From Burkholderiales bacterium (GTDB lineage Bacteria > Pseudomonadota > Gammaproteobacteria > Burkholderiales > JACQAP01), in contig DATENC010000029.1 in assembly GCA_035275265.1 (NCBI GenBank), positions 65,955-129,954 on the forward strand: DNA of 64,000 nucleotides, read 5' to 3'. Position 1 is the first letter of the stretch. Every line of letters starts with the position of its first letter. Shown one piece after another: positions 1 to 8,921 of this stretch. The translations under genes and the position numbers were made by a program. The notes below the pieces were generated by a model. It saw only the letters and a list, made by a program, of their open reading frames with translations. It did no database searches and had not been told where the DNA came from.

Positions 1-211
1 AGCAGCAACAATCAACTGGGCCAGTTCGCTCTCATGATCATCCATTTTCTTCAGGGCTTCCATGCCTTGGTTTGCTCCCGGTATCCATGCTGTCCTTGGC
101 TGAGCTGCGATTATAACCTCAGGCCGCGCCGTGAAACCCCCGGAGCACACCCGATTCCGGCGTTGACGCACCCTGTACGGGCACGTAACCTCGTCCTCAA
201 TCCGTGCCACT

Positions 212-1450
212 GTGAAATCAGACCGCGCGCCGGAGACGGGGCGAACAGGAACCCTCGTATTGCATCCACTCGTATTCAGCCGCATTGCCATTGCCAGCAG
301 CGCTGCGGTCGGCATCGACGCGACCGTCAACGCGCTGCGCGGACGCCGCACCGGACTGGCCCCGTGCGCATTCGAGACTGTGCGACTCCAAACCTGCGTC
401 GGTCAGGTGCCGGATGCCCACCTGCTGCCGGTACGCGCGGACCTCGCGGAATTCGACTGCCGCAATAACCGTCTGGCGCAACTTGGGCTCGCTCAGGATG
501 GCTTCGAGGAAGCCGTGCTGGAAGCGCGGGAACGGTACGGCGCCGCGCGCATCGGCGTTTTCCTGGGCACCAGCACTTCGGGGATCCATTCCACCGAATT
601 GGCCTATCGCCGCCGTGACGAAGGCAGCGGCGCACTGCCAGCGGATTTTCACTATGGCGCCACGCACAACACTTATTCGGTAGCCTGGTTCGTGCAGTCT
701 TATCTCGGCCTTTGTGGACCGTCTCTGGTGGTTTCGACCGCGTGTTCTTCAAGCGCGAAGGTATTCGGCACAGCGGCGCGCATGATCGCAGCGGGCCTGT
801 GCGACGCGGCCGTGGTCGGAGGCGTCGACAGCCTCTGCCTGACAACGCTTTACGGCTTTGGCTCGCTCGGCCTGCTTTCGGCTGGCTATTGCCGCCCTTT
901 CGACAGCGGGCGCGACGGAATATCGATCGGCGAGGGTGCCGGATTCATCCTGCTGGAAAAACCTGCCCCGAAGTGTGCCCTGGACGCGGTCGCCCTGCTC
1001 GGCGTCGGCGAGAGCAGCGACGCTTATCACATGTCCTCGCCGCATCCCGATGGTTTGGGTGCAAGGCTGGCAATGGAAAGCGCGTTGCGGGATGCCGGGC
1101 TCGCGCCACGCGCAATCGATTACATCAACCTGCACGGCACCGGGACGCCGGCCAACGACGCGATGGAGGATAAGGCGGTGGTCGATCTGTTCGGTAGGGA
1201 AACCTGTTGCAGTTCGACCAAGGGATGGACCGGGCATACCCTTGGGGCATGCGGCGCGATCGAGGCGATCATCTCGGCGCTGGCAATTGAAAACGACTTC
1301 CTTCCCGGCAGTGTTAATACCAGCAACGTCGATCCCGCGATGAGACTGCGTTACCTGCTCGAGAACGAATCCGCGTCGGCGAATCGTGTGATGAGCAACG
1401 CTTTTGGATTTGGCGGAACGAACTGCAGCCTGGTGCTTGGACGCGCATGA
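212..1450 (+). CDS. beta-ketoacyl-ACP synthase family protein (KAS I/II-like)
   Basis: Thiolase-fold KAS motifs are present in the ORF translation: active-site Cys in VVSTACSSSAK, HGTGT, GHTLGACG and C-terminal FGFGGTN. The start is uncertain: GTG at 212, or TTG at 260 preceded by AGGAA at 247-251. Confidence 0.9.
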   Translation: MKSDRAPETGRTGTLVLHPLVFSRIAIASSAAVGIDATVNALRGRRTGLAPCAFETVRLQTCVGQVPDAHLLPVRADLAEFDCRNNRLAQLGLAQDGFEEAVLEARERYGAARIGVFLGTSTSGIHSTELAYRRRDEGSGALPADFHYGATHNTYSVAWFVQSYLGLCGPSLVVSTACSSSAKVFGTAARMIAAGLCDAAVVGGVDSLCLTTLYGFGSLGLLSAGYCRPFDSGRDGISIGEGAGFILLEKPAPKCALDAVALLGVGESSDAYHMSSPHPDGLGARLAMESALRDAGLAPRAIDYINLHGTGTPANDAMEDKAVVDLFGRETCCSSTKGWTGHTLGACGAIEAIISALAIENDFLPGSVNTSNVDPAMRLRYLLENESASANRVMSNAFGFGGTNCSLVLGRA

Positions 1451-2244
1451 AGCTGAAATTCTTCGTCGATGCCGCCGCAGTCCTCGGCCCCGGACTTGCT
1501 GGCTGGGAAGCTGCCCGGCCAATCCTGGCGGGCTCGGCTCGCTACGTTCCCGCCGACCTGGTGTTGCCGCGTTTAGAGGCGCTCCCAGCAGCGGAGCGCC
1601 GGCGCGTCGGGCCCGTGGTCAAGCTGTCGATCTCGGTGGGACTGCAGGCGCTCGAGCAGGCCGGCGAAGCGTGCGATGCTGTGCCAACCGTATTCACTTC
1701 GTCCACTGGCGACGGCGACGTCATCAACGAGATCTGCTCGATGCTCGCAGGCAGCGACCGCCTGATCTCGCCGACGCGATTCCACAATTCCGTACACAAC
1801 GCGCCTTCCGGTTACTGGGGTATCGCCACCGGTTCGCACTCACCGTCCACGAGTCTGTGTGCGTTCGAATGGAGCTTTAGCGCAGGCCTGCTGGAAGCGG
1901 CGACGCAGGCCAGCACCGATCACGAATCGGTGCTGCTGATTGCCTACGATCTACCCTATCCAGAGCCGTTGCGGGGTGTGCGTCCGATCCGTCATCCGTT
2001 CGCGAGCGCCCTGCTGATCGCACGCGCGCGCAGCGCACGTTCAGTGGCCGCCTGCGAGCTTCGCAACGGCAGTGCCGGCGGCCCATCGCGGATGCAGGAC
2101 GGTAATCTGGAGCGATTGCGTCGCGACAACCCGGCAGCACGCAGCCTTCCGCTGTTGGCGGCACTCGCCGGCGTCCGCGGGACGGAGGTACTGATTGAGG
2201 GTACTGCGGGCAATACACTCGGCGTATCAATAACGCCCTGCTGA
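1447..2244 (+). CDS. KAS N-terminal-domain / chain-length-factor-like partner protein without the KAS His motifs
   Basis: The ATGA start/stop overlap with the upstream KAS (1447-1450) suggests translational coupling. This 265-aa protein resembles the N-terminal half of KAS enzymes but lacks HGTGT and GHT motifs. The family (Pfam Ketoacyl-synt_2-like) is recalled from memory. Confidence 0.7.
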   Translation: MKLKFFVDAAAVLGPGLAGWEAARPILAGSARYVPADLVLPRLEALPAAERRRVGPVVKLSISVGLQALEQAGEACDAVPTVFTSSTGDGDVINEICSMLAGSDRLISPTRFHNSVHNAPSGYWGIATGSHSPSTSLCAFEWSFSAGLLEAATQASTDHESVLLIAYDLPYPEPLRGVRPIRHPFASALLIARARSARSVAACELRNGSAGGPSRMQDGNLERLRRDNPAARSLPLLAALAGVRGTEVLIEGTAGNTLGVSITPC

Positions 2245-2303
2245 ACCCTTCGTCCGAAGGCAAATGAGAACGCCCGCTCGCACGGGCGTTTCCTTGAGTA
2301 CGT

Positions 2304-3197
2304 TTAGCGCTGGGCGCGCAATACCTCGATGCGCTCATCCAGGGGCGGGTGCGACATGAACAGGCGCTTGATGCCCCAACCTTCGCCGCCATTGATGCCG
2401 AAAGCCTTTATCTGGTCCGGCAGTTGCGAAGGCATGTGCGCCTGCTTCAGCCGCTGCAGGGCGGCGATCATCTTTTCGCGGCCCGCCAGCGCCGCACCAC
2501 CGGCATCTGCTCGGAACTCGCGCCGACGACTAAACCACATCACGATGATGCTGGCCAGGATGCCGAGCACGAGCTCGGCGATGATCGAGGTCACCCAGAA
2601 AGCCGGACCGTGGCCGCGCTCGGTCTTGAAAACGGTCTTGTCGACGATGTTGCCGATGATGCGCGACAGAAAGATCACAAACGTGTTCACCACGCCCTGA
2701 ATTAGCGCGAGCGTTACCATGTCGCCGTTAGCGACGTGGGTAATCTCGTGGCCGAGCACGGCTTCAGCCTCGTCGCGGCTCATGCTGCTTAGCAATCCGC
2801 CGCTTACTGCGACCAGCGCATTGTTCTTGTTCATGCCTGTAGCAAAAGCGTTGATCTCCGGCGCGTTGTAGACCGCCACTTCGGGCACTCCGATGCCCGC
2901 CTGCCGCGCCTGGCGCTGCACCGTCTGCACCAACCACTGTTCGGCTTCGCTGCGCGGGCTGTCGATGACCTTGGCTCCGGTCATCATCTTGGCCGACCAC
3001 TTGGACATCGCAAGTGAGACGAACGCCCCGCCAAACCCGATCACGGCTGCGAACACCAGCAGCGCGTTCAAATCGAGTCCACCGCCGGATTCGGCGAGGA
3101 TCCGGTCCACCCCGAGCAACCGCATAGTGATGCTCAGGACAAAAACGACCGCTAGGTTGGTAATCAGGAACAGTACGACACGTTTGATCACAAGCAT
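2304..3197 (-). CDS. htpX: zinc metalloprotease HtpX (M48 family)
   Basis: Full-length collinear similarity to E. coli HtpX. The [10 protein letters not shown] zinc motif, N-terminal TM helices and C-terminal SHPPLDERI are present. Confidence 0.95.
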   Translation of the reverse strand: MLVIKRVVLFLITNLAVVFVLSITMRLLGVDRILAESGGGLDLNALLVFAAVIGFGGAFVSLAMSKWSAKMMTGAKVIDSPRSEAEQWLVQTVQRQARQAGIGVPEVAVYNAPEINAFATGMNKNNALVAVSGGLLSSMSRDEAEAVLGHEITHVANGDMVTLALIQGVVNTFVIFLSRIIGNIVDKTVFKTERGHGPAFWVTSIIAELVLGILASIIVMWFSRRREFRADAGGAALAGREKMIAALQRLKQAHMPSQLPDQIKAFGINGGEGWGIKRLFMSHPPLDERIEVLRAQR

Positions 3198-3261
3198 CCC
3201 TTTCCAGATGTAAATGGTTCCCCGAATGTGGAACCGAATTTCCGGTTCCGCATGACAGCCT

Positions 3262-5157
3262 CTATCCGCCGGCGGCCAATTGCTCGAGCTCGGCGAAAAG
3301 CGCCAGCCAACGCTCCTCCGCCTCGCGCAGCCTTGCCATTACCTCCGTCTGCTCTAGCAGGCAGCGCTTCAGATCCTCTTTGCGGCCATCTGCGTAAATA
3401 TCGGGGGAGGCGATCAGCTTTTCAAGACGCGTCCTTTCAGTGCCCAGCCTCTCGATTTCCCGCTCCGCCGATTTAACCCGCGCTTCCAGCGGTTTGCGCC
3501 GGGCAAAGCGTCGATTGCGTTCCTCGGCTTCAATCCGCTTCTGCTCCTTGCGGCCGACCGCCGGCTCTGCGTCGGCGCTCTCAGTTTGTTCCCTTGCGCG
3601 CAACCGTCTGGCGTAGTCTTCCAGGTCGCCGTCGAAGGGTTCGACCGTGCCACTCTCCACCAGCCAAAGTTCGTCGGACGTCGCGCGCAGCAGATTGCGG
3701 TCGTGCGACACCAGCACCAGCGCACCTTCGTAATCCTGCAGCCCAAGGGTCAGCGCATGGCGCATTTCCAGGTCCAAATGGTTGGTGGGCTCGTCAAGCA
3801 GCAGAAGGTTGGGCCGTTGCCATACGATCAGCGCCAGTGCCAGCCGGGACTTTTCGCCTCCTGACATTGGGGCCACCGGCTCGATCACCTGGTCGCCGTG
3901 GAAATCGAAACCGCCAAGAAAATTCCGAAGCTCCTGCTCGCGGGTCCTGGGCGAGAGTCGCGTGAGATGCCACAGCGGGCTCTCCTCGGGACGCAACTGT
4001 TCCAACTGATGCTGCGCGAAGTAACCAATCTGCAGGCCCTTGCCCAGGACCCGCTCTCCCGTTAGCGGCGCCAGCGCGCCCGCCAGCAACTTCATCATCG
4101 TCGACTTGCCGGCGCCGTTGCGGCCGAGCAGGCCCAGCCGGGTGCCGGCCCGCAACGTCATGCGGATTTCGCGCAGGACGGTTGCCTCGCCGTATCCGGC
4201 GTCTACTCCGTCCAGCGTCAGCACCGGGTCGGGCTGTACCACCGGCGGCCGGAACGCGAACTCGAACGGCGTATCTACGTGCGCGGCGGCGATTCTCTCC
4301 ATGCGGGCGAGCGCCTTGATGCGGCTCTGCGCCTGGCGCGCCTTCGTGGCCTTTGCCTTGAAACGGTCGACGAAGGACTGCAGGTGGGCAATTTCGCGCT
4401 GCTGCTTTTCGTAGGTTGCCTGCTGCTGAGCCAATTGCGCGGCGCGCTGAGTCTCAAACGCGGAATAGTTTCCCGCATACAGTCGCAAGCGCTGACCTTC
4501 GATATTGCAGATAGCATCGGCTATCGCATCGAGAAAATCGCGGTCGTGCGAGATCAGGAGCAGCGTCCCAGGGTAGCCGGAAAGCCACTGCTCGAGCCAG
4601 ACGATCGCGTCGAGATCGAGGTGATTGGTGGGCTCGTCGAGCAGCAGAATGTCCGAGCGGCACATTAGCGCGCGTGCCAGGTTCAGGCGCACGCGCCAGC
4701 CGCCGGAGAACTGCGCGACCGGCCTTTCGACCTCGGGGTACGCGAACCCGAGGCCATGCATGAGTTGCGCTGCGCGGGCACGCGCCGAGTAAGCGCCGAC
4801 GCGTCCCATGTCTTCATGCAATTCTGCGATGCGCGTGCCGTTGTGCGCCTGCTCCGCCGCCAGCAGGTCGCGTTCGAGTTCCCGCAGTTCCGCGTCCCCG
4901 TCGAGCACGTACTCGATCGCGGCCTGGTCGGTGGCGGGGGTTTCCTGCGCAACGTGCGCGAGCACCAGACCCGGTTGAATCTCGAATTCACCTGCGTCCT
5001 GGTGAATTTCATCGAGAAGCAGTGCGAACAGACTGGACTTGCCACTGCCGTTGGCGCCGGTGACGCCGACCTTCTGGCCGCGATTGAAGGTAAGACTCGC
5101 GCCTTCGAAGAGTACCTTGATGCCGCGGCGAAGTTGCAGGTCGCGCAAAACGATCAT
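3262..5157 (-). CDS. yheS: ABC-F family ATPase (YheS-like)
   Basis: Two ABC cassettes (GANGSGKS / GRNGAGKS Walker A, LSGGWR / MSGGEK signatures, [12 protein letters not shown] twice) and a C-terminal coiled coil. The ORF-track N-terminus reads through tRNA-His, so I used the internal ATG at 5157 (MIVLRDLQL...), which matches the YheS N-terminus. Confidence 0.93.
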   Translation of the reverse strand: MIVLRDLQLRRGIKVLFEGASLTFNRGQKVGVTGANGSGKSSLFALLLDEIHQDAGEFEIQPGLVLAHVAQETPATDQAAIEYVLDGDAELRELERDLLAAEQAHNGTRIAELHEDMGRVGAYSARARAAQLMHGLGFAYPEVERPVAQFSGGWRVRLNLARALMCRSDILLLDEPTNHLDLDAIVWLEQWLSGYPGTLLLISHDRDFLDAIADAICNIEGQRLRLYAGNYSAFETQRAAQLAQQQATYEKQQREIAHLQSFVDRFKAKATKARQAQSRIKALARMERIAAAHVDTPFEFAFRPPVVQPDPVLTLDGVDAGYGEATVLREIRMTLRAGTRLGLLGRNGAGKSTMMKLLAGALAPLTGERVLGKGLQIGYFAQHQLEQLRPEESPLWHLTRLSPRTREQELRNFLGGFDFHGDQVIEPVAPMSGGEKSRLALALIVWQRPNLLLLDEPTNHLDLEMRHALTLGLQDYEGALVLVSHDRNLLRATSDELWLVESGTVEPFDGDLEDYARRLRAREQTESADAEPAVGRKEQKRIEAEERNRRFARRKPLEARVKSAEREIERLGTERTRLEKLIASPDIYADGRKEDLKRCLLEQTEVMARLREAEERWLALFAELEQLAAGG

Positions 5158-5195
5158 GACTTGCTGCCAGAGTTTGATACGGGAGGAAACGCCGA

Positions 5196-5272
5196 TGGGG
5201 TGGCTGATGGGACTCGAACCCACGACAACCGGAATCACAATCCGGGACTCTACCAACTGAGCTACAGCCACC
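5196..5272 (-). tRNA. tRNA-His (anticodon GTG)
   Basis: The reverse complement reads GGTGGCTGTAGCTCAGTTGGTAGAGTCCCGGATTGTGATTCCGG...GGGTTCGAGTCCCATCAGCCACCCCA. It has a cloverleaf, a TTGTGAT anticodon loop, the extra 5' G typical of tRNA-His and an encoded CCA. Confidence 0.95.
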
Positions 5273-5300
5273 ACTGAAACACTTGCCGCGAGCGGTGCAC

Positions 5301-5377
5301 TGGCGTGCCCGACAGGAATCGAACCTGTAACCCCCAGCTTAGAAGGCTGGTGCTCTATCCGGTTGAGCTACGGGCAC
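5301..5377 (-). tRNA. tRNA-Arg (anticodon TCT)
   Basis: The reverse complement reads GTGCCCGTAGCTCAACCGGATAGAGCACCAGCCTTCTAAGCTGG...AGGTTCGATTCCTGTCGGGCACGCCA. The anticodon loop is CTTCTAA. Confidence 0.95.
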
Positions 5378-5407
5378 GACTCTGAACCGGGCACGACTCT
5401 CGCTATC

Positions 5408-5484
5408 TGGTCGGGGTGGAGAGATTTGAACTCCCGACATCCTGCTCCCAAAGCAGGCACGCTACCAGGCTGCGTTACACCCCG
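5408..5484 (-). tRNA. tRNA-Pro (anticodon TGG)
   Basis: The reverse complement reads CGGGGTGTAACGCAGCCTGGTAGCGTGCCTGCTTTGGGAGCAGG...GGAGTTCAAATCTCTCCACCCCGACCA. The anticodon loop is TTTGGGA. Confidence 0.95.
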
Positions 5485-5629
5485 GAGGGTCGCAACTATA
5501 CCCATCAGGGGGTTAAAGGTCAATTTGAAGGCCCAAAGCCATTGCCTTTTCGCGGCACTGAATCTAAGCTTGCAGCCCCCTGCTATTTCTGCTATTAAAG
5601 CGATTTTTTTTCGGACCGAATACTTGCGA

Positions 5630-6052
5630 ATGGCCACCGAATTTCACACGAATTTCAAGCCCTATGTGCCGAAGAAGGGCGAGGCGTACATGAGTCCGAA
5701 GCAGCTCGAGCACTTCAGAAGGATTCTCAATCAACTGAAGATCGAACTATCGCAGGACATCGACCGCACCGTGCATACGATGCAGGACGAAGCAACTGTA
5801 TTCGCCGATCCAAATGATCGCGCCAGCCAGGAGTCGGATATGGCGCTGGAACTGCGCAATCGCGACCGCGAGCGCAAACTGATCAAGAAAATCGACGAAA
5901 CGATCGCGAAGATTGACGCCGGCGAATATGGCTACTGCGAAAGCTGCGGCATCGAGATCGGCCTGAAGCGCTTGGAAGCTAGGCCGACCGCCACCCTCTG
6001 CATAGACTGCAAAACCCTCGACGAGTTGAGAGAAAAGCAAGTGGCGAAGTAA
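5630..6052 (+). CDS. dksA: RNA polymerase-binding transcription factor DksA
   Basis: A 140-aa protein from the internal ATG (MATEFHTNFKPY...). It has the coiled-coil DxxDxA region (ADPNDRASQESD) and the C4 zinc finger CESCGIEIG...CIDC. The upstream part of the ORF-track frame overlaps the tRNAs and is spurious. Confidence 0.95.
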   Translation: MATEFHTNFKPYVPKKGEAYMSPKQLEHFRRILNQLKIELSQDIDRTVHTMQDEATVFADPNDRASQESDMALELRNRDRERKLIKKIDETIAKIDAGEYGYCESCGIEIGLKRLEARPTATLCIDCKTLDELREKQVAK

Positions 6053-6138
6053 CTTTGCCATTTGCTTTCAGCGAAGTGGTCAAGTTACGTGCGGCGGAAC
6101 TAAATAGCCAGCTGCCCGGTTGTCGCCTCATCCCGACA

Positions 6139-6175
6139 CGTCAACGCCCCGCCCATGCGGGGCGTTGACGTTTTC
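6139..6175 (+). terminator. intrinsic terminator downstream of dksA
   Basis: A perfect 14-bp stem, CGTCAACGCCCCGC / GCGGGGCGTTGACG, with loop CCAT, followed by TTTT. Confidence 0.7.
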
Positions 6176-6310
6176 CATCAGGCGCCGCTAGGCGCTTGTC
6201 ATGAACGGTCCCATGCGGAACTTTGTGGTTGTTGCGCGGGACAAACGCATGTCGATAACCCCGGTCCGCAACCGGTTTCCAGAGAACCTTGCGGCCATTT
6301 GGAGATCAGA

Positions 6311-6613
6311 ATGCTTGCGAAAATTCACAACCCCCGCGGTATCCGCCGGCGCCTCGGCATGAATCAACAGGAATTCTGGGGACGCATCGGCGTAACCCAG
6401 AGCGGTGGCTCGCGCTACGAAAGTGGCCGCAACATGCCGAAGCCGGTGCAGGAACTGCTGCGCGTCGTGCACGTGGACCAGATAGATCTGAAGAAACTCA
6501 ACAAGAGCGACGTAGCCGTACTCTACTATCTGAAGAGCGCGGAGCCGGCGCTCTACCGTCGCCTCAAGACCGTAGCATCCGGCCACATCTTGCGGCGCCG
6601 CGCTCGTCGCTGA
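6311..6613 (+). CDS. small XRE-type helix-turn-helix protein
   Basis: ATG at 6311 preceded by GGAGA (6301-6305). The segment RRRLGMNQQEFWGRIGVTQSGGSRYESGRN is a typical HTH_XRE core. 100 aa. Confidence 0.7.
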   Translation: MLAKIHNPRGIRRRLGMNQQEFWGRIGVTQSGGSRYESGRNMPKPVQELLRVVHVDQIDLKKLNKSDVAVLYYLKSAEPALYRRLKTVASGHILRRRARR

Positions 6614-6616
6614 ACC

Positions 6617-7480
6617 TCAGGGTGTAACTTTTACCTCGAGGCCGAGCACGCGGATTTTTTCCGCAAACGCCTCCAGCCACGCAAACGGGAGTGCACTCAA
6701 GCGCTTGGCTTCCGGCTGAAACGATTGCCGCGCCAGGCTGTATAGCAGCACGCCCCGTAGCGGCAATCGGTCGGTAATACGCTCGCGCAGAAAGTCGAGG
6801 TAGGTCCGCTGCTCGGCCTCTTCGGGTGGCAAGCCGTCGACCGCAAACACGCAGGTCTGGATCCAGGTCGGGCACAGTCCAACCGCAATTTCCAGGTTTG
6901 CGCGCATCCTGGCGCTATCGGTGCGGATACTGTTGACCTTCCGCAAGCCCGAGGTGCTGGCACGATCTACCTTGAACCACACCTCTCCGTTGAGCGCTTC
7001 CAGCTTCCTTACGCCAGCCTGAACACCAGGGCGCTGCATCAGGCTGCCATTGGTGATCAGTACCGTCTTGACGTATGCGGGCACCCCGGTTTGTCGCCGC
7101 ACCTCCCCGATCAGGTCTATCACACGCTCGAATTCCTTCGCACTGGTAGGCTCTCCGTTCCCGGAAAGCGCAATATCGCTCAGTCGTCGCGCCTCGATCG
7201 GCACGCGCGCGGTAAGGAAATCGCCGTGCAACACATCTTGCAAAAATCCGGAGAGTTCTTTCTCGAGCTTGCCCAGATCCACCGGCGGTGGCGCGCCACG
7301 GCGGAGTTCCGGAACCTGACAGTAGATACAACGCCAATTGCAGGCATTGTTGACGTTTAGATTGATGCCCACGGAAACACCACCCGCGCGCCGCGACACC
7401 ACCGGGTACACGTAGGTCAAGCCCGCGCTCCCGCGGTCGTGGTCGGCGACTGTCAAGCGGTCGCGTCGTGATTTGGACAT
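6617..7480 (-). CDS. radical SAM protein of unknown specific function
   Basis: A CX3CX2C cluster motif (CNWRCIYC) lies near the N-terminus, followed by SGNGEPT. I preferred ATG at 7480 over the TTG at 7492 in the ORF track. Confidence 0.85.
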   Translation of the reverse strand: MSKSRRDRLTVADHDRGSAGLTYVYPVVSRRAGGVSVGINLNVNNACNWRCIYCQVPELRRGAPPPVDLGKLEKELSGFLQDVLHGDFLTARVPIEARRLSDIALSGNGEPTSAKEFERVIDLIGEVRRQTGVPAYVKTVLITNGSLMQRPGVQAGVRKLEALNGEVWFKVDRASTSGLRKVNSIRTDSARMRANLEIAVGLCPTWIQTCVFAVDGLPPEEAEQRTYLDFLRERITDRLPLRGVLLYSLARQSFQPEAKRLSALPFAWLEAFAEKIRVLGLEVKVTP

Positions 7481-7781
7481 GTGTAATTGCAACGACTCGT
7501 GAGGCCCAGTCAGTTTCGGGTTACTTATTAGAATTCGTAACTTACGGAACTTCTGGTGCCTCAGAAGGCGTATAACTCTGCCTTCAAGGGTTCCCCACCG
7601 GCTGCTGTCACGTGGTGTCTCCCATATTGCACTATCGAGACCCTGCCCGTGCTGGTTAAGAAATTTCTACGCCGGAACAGAGACCTTCCTCGCCACGGCC
7701 TGATCCGACGTGCGTTCCGGAAGCGCAACACCGGTCTGAAAGCTGTGATTGGGTCGAACGGGGACCTCGCGATTGATCGCG

Positions 7782-7800
7782 GATCATGATTATCATGAGC
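7782..7800. promoter_or_regulatory. Fur-family-like operator (7-1-7 palindrome TCATGAT-T-ATCATGA) upstream of tpx
   Basis: GATCATGATTATCATGAGC matches the classical Fur box GATAATGATAATCATTATC at 15 of 19 positions by hand alignment. It lies about 115 nt upstream of the tpx ATG. Confidence 0.45.
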
Positions 7801-7913
7801 GTGAAATAAGCGATTGCGTCTGTGGCCACGCGCTCCCGAGCACCAGAATTGCAAGGCTGCACCAAACGTCAAACCTCAAACCGAGGAGCACAATAATTTT
7901 GGAGGGAACTGCA

Positions 7914-8546
7914 ATGAAAAATTCATTTGTCGCATCACTCGCATTGGCGAGTCTGATTGGACTGAGCGCAGGCGTTGCGTCCGCTGCCGGCGAGGAAGTC
8001 CAGGGCATCAAGGTCAACAAAGGAAACGGCGCTGCCGGCGACGGCAACACCATTCTAATGAAAGGCAACCCGCTGCCGTTACGCGGTAACGCAGTCAAGG
8101 TGGGCGAGCCCCTGCCTGCAGCGGTAGTTACCGGCGCCAACCTGGCACCGGTCAATATGGCCGATGGAACCGGCAAGGTGCGCATCATCAGCGTCGTGCC
8201 TTCGGTCGACACGCCGACTTGCGAAGCGCAGACCCACCTGCTCAGCGAGAAGGACCGCAAGCTCGCTGATCAGGTAGAAATGGTGACCGTGAGCATGGAC
8301 CTGCCGTTCGCGCAGCAGCGTTTCGCAAAAGAAGCAAAAATCAAGAACGTCACGTTCTACTCGGATTACAAGTCCGGGGAGTTCGGGCAGAACAACGGCT
8401 TGATGATCGAGCCGCTGCACCTGCTGGCGCGTGCCGTGATCGTCACGGACAAGAACAACGTGGTGCGTTATATCCAGGTCGTGCCGGAAGTCACCCAACT
8501 ACCCGACATGCCGGCGGCCATGGCGTTCGCGAAGACGCTTCTGTAA
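7914..8546 (+). CDS. tpx: thiol peroxidase (Tpx family peroxiredoxin) with signal peptide
   Basis: ATG at 7914 follows GGAGGG. The signal peptide is MKNSFVASLALASLIGLSAGVASA, and the peroxidatic Cys motif is PSVDTPTCE. The C-terminal half is collinear with Tpx proteins. Confidence 0.92.
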   Translation: MKNSFVASLALASLIGLSAGVASAAGEEVQGIKVNKGNGAAGDGNTILMKGNPLPLRGNAVKVGEPLPAAVVTGANLAPVNMADGTGKVRIISVVPSVDTPTCEAQTHLLSEKDRKLADQVEMVTVSMDLPFAQQRFAKEAKIKNVTFYSDYKSGEFGQNNGLMIEPLHLLARAVIVTDKNNVVRYIQVVPEVTQLPDMPAAMAFAKTLL

Positions 8547-8568
8547 ACCAACCCGATAGTGGGACGTG

Positions 8569-8600
8569 AAAGGCCCCGCCTGGTGCGGGGCCTTTTGCTT
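8569..8600 (+). terminator. intrinsic terminator downstream of tpx
   Basis: Stem AAGGCCCCGC / GCGGGGCCTT with loop CTGGT, followed by a T-rich tail. Confidence 0.7.
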
Positions 8601-8601
8601 G

Positions 8602-8691
8602 TGGCGGAGGGTGAGGGATTCGAACCCCCGATACCCTTGCGGGTACGCTGGTTTTCAAGACCAGTGCATTCAACCGCTCTGCCAACCCTCC
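8602..8691 (-). tRNA. tRNA-Ser (anticodon TGA)
   Basis: The reverse complement reads GGAGGGTTGGCAGAGCGGTTGAATGCACTGGTCTTGAAAACCAGCGTACCCGCAAGGGTATCGGGGGTTCGAATCCCTCACCCTCCGCCA. It has a long variable arm and the anticodon loop CTTGAAA. Confidence 0.95.
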
Positions 8692-8770
8692 GCTGCCACA
8701 ACTCTGCCGGTTTTAGCCTCGACGTAACCTGAAGATTACCCTGCACTAGCGCCGGCTTCGCAGGCACCAA

Positions 8771-8805
8771 GGCCAGTGCATTCAACCGCCCTGCCAACCC
8801 GCCGA
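8771..8805 (-). pseudogene. degenerate duplicate of the 5' half of tRNA-Ser
   Basis: 31 of 35 nt are identical to 8659-8693 (acceptor 5' strand, D arm, start of the anticodon stem). No anticodon stem or T arm can be folded beyond that point. Confidence 0.5.
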
Positions 8806-8921
8806 AGGCGGCAAATGATACCCGCATGGGTCGTGCTCTGTCACACCCGGACCATTGAAACTTTGATCCCGATTGCGTAGTCTTATGGCCGGAGTTCCTT
8901 CAACCAGGAGACTGTAACTAT

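Noticed and set aside
1-63. A minus-strand 21-codon start fragment (MEALKKMDDHESELAQLIVAA) running off the left edge.
   Set aside because: It is too short to identify or to distinguish from chance, so it is not listed as a feature.
163-191. A sigma70-like promoter, TTGACG-N17-TAACCT, upstream of the KAS gene.
   Set aside because: The spacing is plausible, but the -10 element is weak and such matches are frequent by chance. There is no supporting evidence.
5158-5274. N-terminal extension of the ABC-F ORF (MVAVAQLVESRIVIP...), and the 5363-5629 extension of the dksA frame.
   Set aside because: These stretches are the translations of tRNA-His, tRNA-Arg and tRNA-Pro sequences. Internal ATGs reproduce the canonical YheS and DksA N-termini.
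7500-7770. A 6S RNA or other known sRNA in the long tpx upstream region.
   Set aside because: I could not pair the 5' and 3' ends into the long closing stem with a central bubble expected of 6S RNA. No other family signature was recognised. It is left as an unexplained spacer within a finding.
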